64,000 nucleotides of DNA, from positions 10,935,728-10,999,727 of the forward strand of contig CAVNZM010000005.1 in assembly GCA_963693365.1 (NCBI GenBank), in the 5' to 3' direction. The translations under genes were made by a program, and so were the position numbers. The notes beneath the pieces are model-generated. The model made no database searches and was not told the origin of the DNA. It saw only the letters and a list, made by a program, of their open reading frames with translations. This document shows positions 31,718 to 45,332 of this stretch, one piece after another. The first letter of the stretch is position 1, and each line of letters starts with the position of its first letter. Origin of the DNA: Amoebidium appalachense (lineage: Eukaryota > Protista > Ichthyosporea).

Positions 31718-33393
31718 AAGGGAGGATACAAGAAATAAGGTGTGTGTATGTGTGTTCAGTGTGTATACTTATAATTGCTACTTGAATTACGAACCAGGTA
31801 CATTTATTTTGTTAATGAGAAGGCGGGCAATAAGGAAGGGAAAGAGCCAAATGGTTCTAGAAATGAGGTATGGCATTAATGATAGTCAACTGGACCGTAA
31901 CTCAACTAGCAATAGGTGGAGGAACAGCAGTCGTCGGGGTTAGTTTTCATACTGTATGCAGCAGCTGCTAGTCCTATCATGTGTATTTCCTTTTCTATTG
32001 ATTGGTGGCACAATCTCTGCCTTGCTACACGTAGTAAAACCCACCTACAGTTTACATGCATCTCTGATCCTCAAGCTCACGTCCCAGTAATCGAACTTTT
32101 TTAACTGTCCTTAACCAATCAAATCTGCTCCCTACAGCCCCGAAATTATTCCTGAACTCCCATTGGATCAGTATCAGCAGACCCCAACCCCCACCCCCCG
32201 TCACTCCTGGCAGAGCCAATGATGTAGGTGCCCTCTCCCCTCACCAACAGACACATGCACAGGCAAAACCAAACTACACACATAAAAACTACAGCACACA
32301 CAGTTTAGTCAATCAAAAAACCAAGCACACACACGTTTAGTCAAGCAAAAAACAAAGCACACACACGTTTAGTCAAACCAAATCACCCACACATTCGTCA
32401 AGCAAAAACCAAGGCTTTCACAAGTAAGTGAAGTAAATATAGGCACCCACACAAGCACCCAGACATCATTCACGCAATTCTAAAGAAATGAACATGGTCA
32501 TGGTTGTGGGTAGCACTCACGTACCTCTCCCTCTCTCCCCCCCCCCCCCCCCCCCCTCCCCACTCCCAAAAAAAGAGAAAGAAAAGACACATACATCCAG
32601 GTGCACTCACTCCCTCATTCGCTCACTCTCGCACACTTCAATAACAATAATTCATACCTTGTGGAAGAAAAGAAAAAGGAAGGATAAAGGGGGGGGGGGG
32701 GGGGGGGGGGGGGGTGGCACTGGAGTGCATCTCACCTGACGGACATTCTACCAATCAAATTGCCCCCTGCAGCCCAGAGGACCTTGAGTTTCTTGTACCC
32801 AGTCACCAATTGGGCGCCTATCAGCAGGCCCAACTGCCACTCCAAGCCACCCCCCAAACCACCATGTCCGAGCAAACGAGGTGGGTGCCCCCTTTACGTC
32901 TAAACCAAAAAACATGTGCACAAGAAGAAAGGAAAGCACCCACACGTCAGTCGAGCAATAACCAAAGCACCCAATTATTTTAATGAAGACAATCACCCTC
33001 ATGATCCCCCCCCCCCCCCCCTCCCTCCCCTTCCCCCCACACATACACACACACACACTGTCCCCCCCCCCCCCTCCCTCCCTTCCCCCCACACATACAC
33101 ACCACACACACACACACATTATAACCCCCCCGAAACACACAGAACAATCAAATAAGAAATAAGCAAAGAAAGAAAGAACGGGGGAAGTGTATGGTTAAAA
33201 GGTAAAAGGCGTATCCCTCTCATAATCGATTACATCCCACCCACACTCAACAACACACTCAACTTAGATACCCCCTCCCCCCCCCTCCCTCCCTTCGCCA
33301 CTATGCACACACAACCACACTTCACATCCCCATCAATGCTGCCTTTCCTCCTCCCCATCCCCCCCCCCCCCCCCCCCCCAACCAACCAATCAG

Positions 33394-33751
33394 GTACCAG
33401 CTGCACAGTCACGTGCAAGCACTGGCCAATCACCTCGAGTCCATCCGAGCACTCGGCAGCCGATTGGAATTCTTCAAGAGTTACGAGCCAAGCGATCTGA
33501 TTGGCCACCAGACGATGTTGGACTTTATCGAGGTGACGTGAAGGATATGAGGGTGCAGCTGGACACAATTCAGGATGTGTGTGAAAGAGAGGTGGACTGG
33601 TGGGGCATAATGTGCGTGGTTTCATGGGCAAAGAACACCCCCCCCACCCCCCCCTTTCCCCCCCATATATGCCACAGATGTGCTGTTGCAAAAATACAAG
33701 TACAGAACATGCAACAAAAAGAACCATGCAGCAGAACAAGAAGAGGGGGTT

Positions 33752-33787
<36 letters not shown>

Positions 33788-33994
33788 GGGGGGGGGGGAA
33801 GACTTTAAACGATATATTGTGCAGGGTTCAGGGGGGATGTATGGTGACTTTATTTTACTGTGTTTGCTAGGAAATCGATCTCTCCCCACTCCAATCTCCC
33901 CCCATCCCCCCCCCCCCCCCCCCCCCCCATCCCCCGCTCTGGTGGTGTGTGCCATTGTATGCTCATATCCGTCCCCTTTTCCCCCAGACATGCA

Positions 33995-34035
<41 letters not shown>

Positions 34036-34171
34036 ACGCACACGCACACGCACACGCACACGCACACGCACACGCACACGCACACGCACACGCACACGCA
34101 CACGCACACGCACACGCACACGCACACTCACACGCACACGCACACGCACACGCACACGCACACGCACACGC

Positions 34172-34222
<51 letters not shown>

Positions 34223-34590
34223 GACGTGCAAGACATGCAGGTCATCATCAACGATCACACGGCCATGCCCCCTGCTGGTTTCCAATGGGCCTTTGACCTG
34301 ACCACTGCCCTCAGCCCTCATGTTAAAAACATGTTGGCCGACTTGACGTGGGTTACCCCCCCCCCCCTCCCCCCCCCCCCCTCCCCCTCCCCCCCCCCCC
34401 CAAAAAAAAAAAAAGAAAAGAAAAAGAAAAAGAAAAGAAAAAAAAGAACAAGAAAAAGAAGGAAGGAAGCAAAAAACAAAGAAAGAAAAGAAAGGGAAAC
34501 GAAAAGAGGAAGACAACGATGGCTCTGTATACTCAGGGACCAATGAATGGTGACTGGCCTGCATTTCCGTATTTCTCTCATGTCTGTCAG

Positions 34591-34644
<54 letters not shown>

Positions 34645-34760
34645 CCCCCCCCCCCCCCCCCCCCCCCTCCCCTTGCCGACCTTTTTTCTATGGCAGACTT
34701 TGCTACCCATTTTGCAGATGGGTGACCGGGGAGGTGGGAGGGGAGTTTTTTTTTTTTTTT

Positions 34761-34791
<31 letters not shown>

Positions 34792-36433
34792 GGTAGGAAA
34801 GTCGTGTGTTGTCTTTAAGGCCTATTGGGGTGTTCTGATTGGACAATGGCACACAGACCGCTGCCAGCCGACAGGTGATGATTGGGCGGATGGAGACGAG
34901 TGGGCGACTCTAGCAACAACGTGTGCACTGGCAGATGGGCCCAGCCACGGTGGAGGGTGAGCGACCCCAAACGAACACACGTGCCTGCCTACCCCTGGGT
35001 TCACACATCTTATTATATCCTCACCCTATTCCTCGCATGTATTTATCCTGGGACCCCCCCCCCCCCCCCTCCCCCCCTCCTTCCCCCCCCCCCCCCCCTC
35101 CCCCCCCTTCCCTCCCTCAGGTATATGTTGCCCCTCTATCCCTTTTTGATTTGCTCTTTCGCTTTGCAGTCTTTTTTATCCTGGGCAGTCAACCCATCTC
35201 TATCCCGGTCTTGTTGGCTATAATTAGAGCTTAAATGTCCTGTCGATGGTGGTGAAATACTGTGATCTGATTTGCCGATTCCAAGCAGATTGGGGGCCTC
35301 TGAGAGCATGTCCAGCCCAGCAACCAATCAAAATGAGGCACATGAGAACAAGGGCTCAGCTGCCGCCATTCAAGTCCACACCCCAAGGTAGCACTTGTGA
35401 TGCTCTTGCGTGGTGCTCATATTAGTTCCCTTTGAGCACCCACTCACCTAGCCACCTTCGCCGCCTGCCCACATGTTTGAGACACGCACACACGCACACG
35501 CATATACACAGGCACACGTACGAACACGCACACACACACAGACAAAGACACATACTGACCCCCTGCACTCACCCCGTAGGTTCTCTGCCGAGTCTGATAC
35601 TGAATCGGACTCTGAGGCTGAGGATGGCACGTGGAAAAAACCTTTGACAATGCACAGGTAGCTCTTCCTGTCCTGCCTCTCTCACTCCCTCCCCTTACTC
35701 CCCTATCCATCCATCCCCTCCTCCATCCCTCCCTCCATCCCTCCCCTTGCTCCCCCCTCCCTCCTTCCCTCCCTCTTCCTCCTAAACTCCCCGTGCCTTC
35801 CCCCTCTCCTCCTCTCTCCACCCCATTTCTATTGAGGCTGAAACCCTCCCCCCTGTCTGCCGCTATGTGTGCCTGCATGCTTTCTGCACAGTCCTGCCTG
35901 CCCCTCACTCCTTCGCTCAAAATGTGAACTTGAGCACCCACTCACCCCGGTCACTGGTGTATCCCTCTAACCACCACCCCCCCTGTCTACCCCACCCCCC
36001 ACCTCTCCCTCTCCCCCCAGTCGGCAACCCCCCTCCCCCCCCCCCCCCCCCCCCACCACCACCACCACCACCACCATCGCCACCACACACACAGAAACAG
36101 CGACAGTGAGTCTGACTCGGACTCTGATGGGGATGAGGACGACCCATTCAGCAAACATCTTCGTGCCCTGAAAAGGTAAATGAATGCTGGCATAGAGCAA
36201 GGGGGTAGGGACAGAGTAGAGTGTAAAAGGTTGAGGGAGAACATCTGCAGATTAAGGCAGGCAGCAAAAGTGAGAGCAAGCACACAGCACCCTTTGAAAA
36301 CATATACTGACAATTATTTGCTGCAGACATGAAGAGGAGAAGAAGCAGTCAGACAGGAAGAGAAAACATGAGGACGAAGAGGAGGAGGAGACAGGCAGAA
36401 AGATTCGGTGTGAGGGGAAGGAGGGCACAAGCA
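33394..36433 (+). pseudogene. Probable further exons of the kinase gene (helical segment and acidic/basic low-complexity tail)
   Basis: AG/GT-bounded open blocks at ~33394-33599 (with a frameshift), 34222-34347, 35580-35657, 36094-36175 and 36327-36433; the first is phase-compatible with the donor at 31357. Confidence 0.4.
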
Positions 36434-36458
36434 GGTATGTGCACACACAGCGCTTGGG

Positions 36459-36690
36459 ATGTCTTAGTGTGGTACATATTGCAGTGCAGTGTGCTTGTAT
36501 GTCTTAGTGTGGTACATATTGCAGTGCAGTGTGCTTGTATGTCTCAGTGTGGTACATATTGCAGTGCAGTGTGCTTGTATGTCTCAGTGTGGTACATATT
36601 GCAGTGCAGTGTGCTTGTATGTCTTAGTGTGGTACATATTGCAGTGCAGTGTGCTTGTATGTCTTAGTGTGGTACATATTGCAGTGCAGT
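36459..36690. repeat. 40-bp minisatellite, ~5.8 copies
   Basis: gtctYagtgtggtacatattgcagtgcagtgtgcttgtat at 36461, 36501, 36541, 36581, 36621 and 36661 (partial). Confidence 0.95.
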
Positions 36691-36847
36691 ATGCACGTGC
36701 AGCACGGTGTGCTGCAATCTCATTGGCTGGTGCCAGTCACGTGACCTGCACGTGCTCACACGACCTCCCCAAGGAACCTGCCCTCACTCAAGCGCCCAGC
36801 CGCCGACACACCCCTTCACAACAAATCGGCAGCCAAGCGCCAAAGGT

Positions 36848-36882
<35 letters not shown>

Positions 36883-37008
36883 CCCCCTCTTCCCTTCCCC
36901 GAAACAAAAACAACACCAGCAACCACCCTAGTCGCACGGTTTTCTTTTCTTTTCTCTCCTTTCTGATCGGTCACTCTGTTCATTTGCTTGTGGGCACTCA
37001 CCCTGGTT

Positions 37009-37177
37009 AGCCAATCACATGCCCCCGTGCCTACCAGCAACCAATCACATGCCTACCAGCAACCAATTACATGCCTACCAGCAACCAATCACATGCCTTT
37101 CACATGCCTACCAGCAACCAATCACATGCCCAGCAACCAATCACATGCCTACCAGCAACCAATCACATGCCTACCAG
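37009..37177. repeat. 22-bp CCAAT-containing minisatellite, ~6-7 imperfect copies
   Basis: Repeated gcctaccagcaaccaatcacat. Confidence 0.9.
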
Positions 37178-37706
37178 TGCCCACCTTGCTGACCGTGAGC
37201 CACCCCCCTGCAGACTCTCATTTGGTGACGATTGAGCCAGCCTGACCTGATGCCAACAGCCACCTGCCAGAGTAGGATAGCCCCCCCCCCCCACCCCCAC
37301 TCCCCCCTCTCTTCCCCCTCCCCCCCCCTCCTCCCAAAAGAAAAAGAAAAGACCACTCCCCCCCCCCCCCCCCCCCCGCGTCCACACACATACAATCGCG
37401 GGCCAACTGCCATGTCTGTTCCTTTCAATTGTCCATGCCCCCACGTGTTTATTCTTTGTTGGTTTTTGTTTTGCCTTTTGTCCCCTGGACCAACCCTCCC
37501 CCCCTCGCCTTACCCCCCTGCAGCTGGGCGCAAGCACACCTGCCCCCCCCCCCAGTGCATCTGCCGTGCACCGACACAGCCACGGCCCTTTGCCTGGCCA
37601 CAGCACCCCCCCAGCCACCAAGGCACTGCCCACCCACCGACGGAGGCCACCTAGCCAGCCCATGCCAGCCACAAAGCAGATGCGGCCCCGAGGGAGAGGT
37701 CGGTAG

Positions 37707-37773
<67 letters not shown>

Positions 37774-38122
37774 AAAATCACATGGCAGATCCACTGTTTA
37801 GACTTGAGTTTCTTTTCCAGTGGGCTGGCCAATCATATTTATGCTATAGTGTGGAGTATTAGTTCTTCGTACACCCCCCAGCCCAATGATTGGTGTTAGC
37901 AAAAGGGAAGTAGAACGAATCGATCGATCAGGTGCTGTGATTGGTGGACGCTCAGCACCCCCAAATACCTCCCTACTGCCCCCCGCTTGTCCCTCCTCTC
38001 GTTCTTACACTTTCTCCCCGTCCATCCATTCACACACGCACGCACGCGCTAACGCAAACATGCATCCACGCATGCACATACTCGCGCGCACACACACACA
38101 CGCATGGAGAAGCACACGCACA

Positions 38123-38163
<41 letters not shown>

Positions 38164-38182
38164 ACGCGCGCGCGCGCGCACG

Positions 38183-38220
<38 letters not shown>

Positions 38221-39257
38221 AAGTAGCTGCAGCGCTCCACCTGCAAGCAATAACTTGCAGGGGGCCATATCCGGGCTCTGTGTGAGCCAATGGGTCAGTG
38301 GCCCATTTGGGTGACGGCAGGTGGTGGGACTCTTCTGCCTTTCTTTTTCGCTTTGGTGGTCCGTCTCTCCTCTCTATCCCTGCATTGTGTGCTGTGTCTG
38401 TGTTGCCCTGCCTGCCTGCCTGCCTGCCCTCGTGTCTGTGTGTGGTGCCTGTGTGTCTGCATCTTTGAATGTACACTGCTGGCTCCCACAACACACACAC
38501 ACCCCGCTAGTTGCACCTAGGGCCCACCCACATGCATGGATACCCTAGAGCACACACACACACACACCACTAGGTGCATATGCCTCCACGCCACATGCAC
38601 ATGCTCGTGCACGCCACATGCATTACACGCCTGCCCACCCACATGCACATGCACATGCACACCCACGGGCCACCCCCTCTTGCTTTTTCTTTTTCCGTCC
38701 CCCCCGTCACGATCCCACCGGTGTGGGCCGGAGGCGCAGCCCTCTGCCGGGAGAGAACCCATCACCCCAGACTTCACCCAGAGGGCAAGGCCCCTGGGGG
38801 GTTTGGGGGGTTGGTTGGCAGCGAATGAAAACTGAGGCTGGTGATGGTAGGATACCTCCCTCCCCCCCCCCCCCCCCTCTTCTTTGCCTCCACGTGAACC
38901 TGCTATGTTCTTCCGAAGCTTTGCCCCTTTTCTCTCCCCTTCAATCGATGTCCCAAGAATAGAGAAAAGGCCACCCTGTACCTCCCTATCCCTCGTGCTC
39001 TCTCTCTCTTTCTCCCCCTGTGTGCCTGACATGCAGCCAATCAAATGGAGGTGGGCACGTGCTCTGTGTGGGGTCAAGATGCCTCTGGCTGTGTCCATGG
39101 GGGGGGATTCTTGCGGCTGGGGGGCTGGGAGCTAGCTTATGGGCTCTGGAGCAGAGTCACAGGATAGAAATCTCACAACATATGGTCTGCCCCCCCCCCC
39201 CCCCCTCCCCCCCCCCCCCCCCCCCCTCTCCCCCCCCCCTTTTGCCTTCGCCCGGCA

Positions 39258-39326
<69 letters not shown>

Positions 39327-40704
39327 ACCGATGTCGTGTGGATGTGCAGGACCCTTCGTGGATGGTGTGGAGGGCTGCTTTCGATCTTCGGCCTAGCCGG
39401 TGTGTGCCCTTCTCAGCCCCCCCCCCCCCCCCCCCCCCCCCCAAACACACACACACACACACTCCCCACACCCATCCCTACCACTTTCCCCTCCCCTCTG
39501 TTCGCTGCCCTTTGTCGCTTCTTGTCTTTGTGTGTGTGTGCTTGTCTCTTTGTGCACAAAAAAAGAGGAGGGGAGAGAAGCGGAGGGGGGGGGGGGGGGG
39601 GGGGGGAACCACAAGCTTCTTGCACCCCACAGTCTTTGCATTCTCCCCATCAGTCATATGTCTCATTTTTTCCCACCTCCTATTTAACTCTTATTACACC
39701 ATGTCCTACACATCTATTCCTGTCTCGGGCCCTTTTAGGGCCAGAAGAGTCACATTCCGCCTGCACATAGACGTGTGCCAATCTCATGTGGTGGGGGGGA
39801 TGCCTCTGGGGCAAGATAGAAAGTTACGTGTGCAATGGTTGTAAAAGCTTCAGTGTGTGTGTGTCAGTGTGTGTGAGTGTGTGCGTGCTTGCGGAGGTGG
39901 TGATGAGTGGGGTTGGGGGGGTAATTTAGATCAGTGTGTGTGTGTGTGTGTGTTGGGGGGGGGGGGGGGGGGGGGGAGGGGGGGGGGGGGGGGAGAAGGG
40001 GGGGGGGGGGGGGTGGGGAGAGGAAGAAGGTGGGGATGGGGGGGAGGGGGGGGGGGGTTTGCGGTTATACTGTACTGTACAGGAATCAGGAGGGCAGAAT
40101 TTGACTTTGTATTTGGGGTGCAGGGTCTGACCAAGGAGAGCAGATGCATTGGAAGGATGCCATTGGTGAAGGCGTGCAAATGGAAAGCAAGAGCAACGGT
40201 TGATTGGCTGCACGGTTGGCACTTGTTTTGATTGGCTGTGGAGATCTCTAACGGAAATTTCTTGTGGAATGTGTGAAACATAGAACCCAAAGGGGTGCAG
40301 GTGGTGTGAGGAATTGATAAGCGTGTTTGGATCGTTTGTCTGTTTCTTTTCATGTTCATGCAGATGGATTTACAAGTGCAGATCAGATATGTTTCCCACC
40401 TATACTTGGGAACAATGTGACGGGTGAACGAAAAGGGGAAAGGGCAAAAGGTCCAGAAACACCATGTTTTGATGTCGCTGTTGCTATTATATGAGCTTTT
40501 GGATCGATGTGCTGTATTGTAAAATGAATAATAATAAAAAGGTGGAACGGTGATAGCATATAGTTGTCATTATGTTGGTTTCATTACATGTGTGTAATAT
40601 AGTCATTGTGATGTAATATAAAAATTAATGAATATGAGGGGAAAAAAAAGAAAAGAAAATAAAAATGAAAAAAAAGGTAGAACGGTGGTAGCATATGGTT
40701 GCCG

Positions 40705-40776
<72 letters not shown>

Positions 40777-41310
40777 ATAGTGGCACGTGTATGCACAGTA
40801 TGTTAATGCCCGTGCGTGTTTGATGCATGGTGTGCATGAACATGTGGCCACGCTTGAGCAAGTGTGTACCTCAGGCTTCGCCCAGCCAATACTAATTTGG
40901 TTTACATTATGGGGGCAAAGAAAAAGGCAGAACCTGTATAATGAGACATTTTTTGAGTGGGGAGAGGGGGAGGGGGGAGGGGGGGGGGGGGGGGGAGGGG
41001 GGGGGGGGGGAGGGAAGGGAAATAAAGCTCAATCAACACCTTTGAAACTGGCTAAGCCAGTTGGTGAGTGCACCAATTGAAAGACCCACGTAATATCTTC
41101 CATACCATCCTTCATGGCACCCCCACTTTGTGCATATCTCACATGATGTGGTTAAGCGGCGGCACTTTCGCCACACCGGAAGTCCACATATTATATCAGT
41201 AATCTTAGTTTCAGACCACAGCTCGCACCCACCCACCCAGCTATTTAGTATGATTGGCTGACCCAATTGCTCCTTTTTATTACGTGAATTTCTCCCCCCC
41301 CCCCCCCCCC

Positions 41311-41351
<41 letters not shown>

Positions 41352-41355
41352 AATA

Positions 41356-41390
<35 letters not shown>

Positions 41391-41621
41391 TCTCTCTCTC
41401 TCTCCCTCCAGACACCACAGAACAAACTGAATGGGCAATTGTAGATTTGCCAATGTTGTGGATGCTGACTTGGATGATATGTGCTAATAGCATCTGATTC
41501 ACATCATGTGCATAGTATCGTTCGTCCATGCATGGGCAGCACGTAGGGAGAAAAATAGGTGCAGTGTGTGTAGTGTCACGGTGTGTGTGTGGGTGGTTGG
41601 ATGCGTGGTGGGGTAGGTGGG

Positions 41622-41666
<45 letters not shown>

Positions 41667-42064
41667 CGGAAGGTCGTGTTGGCTTGCTTATGTTGGTATT
41701 GTTTAGTTACTATCCAGGTGTGTTGGGTGGACCATGGGGGTTCATGGTGGGGGGGGGGGGGAGGGGGGAAGGGGAGAAGGGGGGGGGAAAGGGGGGAGGG
41801 GGGGGGGGTTTGGAATGGTGGAGAGAGAAAGTAACGTTTACTTGTATTGCATATAATTTTTGCATAGCTCCCATTTTTAGGGCTACGCTTCTAAACTCAG
41901 CCAAGTCGCTGAGCTAGCTTGTGACGCAAATTAAACAATTAGCCGCTTAAGCAGATATATTTAGTTGAAGGCCACCCACATGCACTGACTGTATGCCCGA
42001 TTGCGGGTATTCCTATTACTTCAGCAACATCACTCACTCATAGAAGTCTTTTCAGGCCCAGTAT

Positions 42065-42131
42065 GATCGTAGGAGCTCAGCAAGATAGGTTAGGACTGTA
42101 AATCCGGTGGATTGAAACCCATCCTCGAAGT
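42065..42131 (+). pseudogene. Degenerate tRNA-Tyr-like sequence (pseudogene or tRNA-derived SINE head)
   Basis: agctcag (D-arm/A box), gga-ctgtaaa-tcc (GTA anticodon arm), ggtgg..ccatc T-like stem and 3' ctcgaag; acceptor stem and T loop are broken. Confidence 0.25.
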
Positions 42132-43351
42132 GTGTCGGACTCATAGCTTATTCCAAATTGTCTGCCACTAAACTTAATTTCATTTTTGGGCCACAAAACC
42201 TTTTTTTTTTTTTTTTTTTTTTTTGGTTTTTTTGGAAACACCAATTGGTCCTTATACACACCGGTATTCAATCAAGTTCAGTATGAAATCAGTATGATTT
42301 ACATTGTACAAAGCGGGCGAACTGATCCGTTGGATGGCACGAAAAATACACAACCGTCGACTCGATGACAAAGTGATAAAGGAGTGATCTGCCATGTCTC
42401 TAGGGCTACGGGCTCAGTCTGTATGGTCGGCAATAATCATTATACCTAAGAGTGATATACGGTATGGATACATACTATTGCAAAAACCCAATGGTGAAAA
42501 AATGCAGGAAAGACACCTTGGAAATGAAACGGGTCCAAGGGTTCAGTAGATTTCAAAAGTAATGCAGACTGCATGTACGTAAATGAGTAACGAACGGTTC
42601 ATGAACCCCGATATATTTGTTTGTGCCCATGTGTGTATATGCCATGGTGTTTCTGTGGCTACGGTTAGTAGGCAAGGACGATATGGTAGGGGTGTAGTCT
42701 ATGTGCGTGTTAACTTTGTTGCAGTGTGTGTACATATGGGTATACACCTGTGTGTGTGCATGTGTGTGTAGGGCAGTCATATTACGTAGGCTGGGGTGTC
42801 TGTTTGCCAATGAAAATAATTTAACAGCTGGTGCACAGGGTGCTGTTTGTGGGCACACCCAATCAGTCTCAGACTAGTGGTAGTGAAGAAATAACATTCG
42901 ATATCAAGTCACGGTGTTCATTCCAACCAGTGGGCCACTCAGAGGAAAGAAAAAAAAAAGACTGACGGAGGGTAACACAAGCACGTGGTGGTGTATGACA
43001 TTGTCGCCGACTGTGTGAGACGGCGTGTACACATGTGGTCTATGAGTGTTTGTGCCACGGTGTGCGCATGCGTGTAATTGTGAGTGTGTGTATATTTGTC
43101 GATCGTTGTTGTACAGTCGTTTCTGACCATGTCATGGTGCAAAGAGTACTAGTGCCTGCGTGTGGTACACAAGGCAAAAGTGGACTGGAATACGTGCGCG
43201 TTTCTGTGTGGTGTGCTTGTAGGTGTGCGTGTTTTTTATATATTTTATTTTAGTTTTTTGCCTGTGAATCCGGCTACAGCATGATTATAATCAGTATGCG
43301 CAGCTGGTGTTCTTGAGTGCCAGTGTGCGTGTGTGTGGTGTGTGTGCGCGC

Positions 43352-43382
<31 letters not shown>

Positions 43383-45332
43383 TGTGTGTGCGTGTGTGCG
43401 TGCGTGTGCGTGCGTGCGTGTGTGCGTGTGTGTGTGCGTGTGCGTTCTGTTTGTGTGTGTATGACCGCGGGTGTATAAGCCGGCAGTGCTTATTTGTGCA
43501 TGCGTGTGCCACGGCATGTGTGTATGTGTTTCACGTCGTGGGCCCCACGACGTCACGCTCACACGTACTGACGGTGCGCACGCGCTGCGATGAACTTTAC
43601 GTTCGCTGCAGACGGGCACACGTACGGTTTTATCGTCACCTAACCAATCGAATCGGCTAGACTCGAACCACCATGATATGCAACCAATCAGTTCGGAAAT
43701 ACGTGTGCCAGGATGTTTTGCCTTTCGATTCCAGCGCGTGCGTTTTGACCCCACCTTGAGGCAATTTTTAAAAACATTAAACAGCCATTCAGTGAAAAGG
43801 CTCGAAGCGAAGCAAATTTGATTTCTTTGCATGATTTTGATGCAATCGCTGACAAGGCATTGATAACGTCATGCATAACGTCATTCATTCCCGCTCGAAT
43901 TCAAACCTCTTCGACCGTTCAGTACCGGTACCGGACTCCTCCGTGTGTCTTATGTCTGTCTGTTAACACCGTCACAAACCGTTGGTCGCAGCCTATTATT
44001 AATACTCTCGGTTGCAGCTGCTTACTATGTGCCTGTGTCTGTAACCTGTTTCTAACACCGTCAACCTTACGTATACTGTGTGTCATCTTTTTGATCGTTT
44101 CATCGTTTTGTGGCCTTTCAGGATTAAATGGGCTATGGTTTAACTGCACCAGCGATTATGCGATCTCATCTGAGTCAACCCTGTATTATCATATATTAAC
44201 CAGAGACCAATAGATGGGCAGCTTTGAACATCAGCCAATCGCCGGACAGCATGATGCAGTCATCGTTGGTGGCTCCGATTTTTCCTTACACTCTCGCGAC
44301 CGCGTGCATGCTTTCTGTCGCGGCGCCTCGACGGTTCGATGGAGTCCAGTGTTCGCTGAATGTGTAAGGAAAAAATAAGGAGCCATCTCAGTAGGTGGCA
44401 GGACGTCACGACAGTCACGACAGAAAACGGGTAACGGTTCGGCCTTGTTCAACTTCAGTGTTGACACTTCAGTTCATGTTGGTCCAATGGCCATTTCCGA
44501 TTGGTAGAGAGAGCTTTCGGAGAGAGGAGTGCAAAGATGTGAGAGCGATCACTGATTGGAGGTCTATTTTTGGTCCGGTTCTATTGGCGGAGACGGTATC
44601 ACGATATTACAACATCAAAGTTTAGTGAAATAATCAATCGCAATCTTTGCACAAAACCCTATGCATCATAACGGAATATTCCTGTCTGTTTTTTAATGAT
44701 AATTTTTAAATGTGCTATAGTTATATATGGGTAATGATACATTTGTCTTAGACAACTGAACAATACCTGTTCAGTATGCAATTTATCGTCACGTCGATTC
44801 TTCCGTTGAAAAGTGTCGGTATCCTATTGGCTAGTGGAATGCGCCATTCCGTCGACCTGATTGGCTGAACACCCCACCCCCAACTTCCCAAGTTCCAAAG
44901 CCAACATCGAACTGTCTTGTTACCCCAAGAGGCTCCAAGTTTCTCATTTTTTAAGTCAACGTAACAAGTCAGCGTACATAGTGTTTATAGCCTTGATAAC
45001 TACTCTAACTAACTTCTTTAGTTCTGATACCCTATGACTACGTTTGTGGCATTCCTTCGTTCTTGTAAGTTCTCGATCACGATTTTGCCAACAAACATCC
45101 TGTAGATTTGTAAGTCCAACATCGTGATGACCCAAGATTCATGGAATCTACGAAACACTAGGTTCTCGCTTGTTGTCCTGACTCAATTGTCACGCCAGTA
45201 CTACCCCTTCTTTTCTATTATAGTACACGCGCACAGTGGGACAGTGTATGAAGTGTGGGGGAACACGGGCACGCGCTATGCCATGCCTCTGCCGAGGCTG
45301 TGGGCAGGCTACTGAGTCCTGTCACTGACAAT

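Noticed and set aside
36459-36690. CRISPR-like regular array
   Set aside because: Contiguous 40-bp units with no unique spacers, no cas genes and a eukaryotic context.
41033-41529. Possible degraded coding or RT fragment
   Set aside because: Only a vague resemblance, with stops in the candidate frame.
43533-43553. 21-bp near-perfect palindrome acgtcgtggg-c-cccacgacgt
   Set aside because: Isolated, with no associated element end; no function can be supported.
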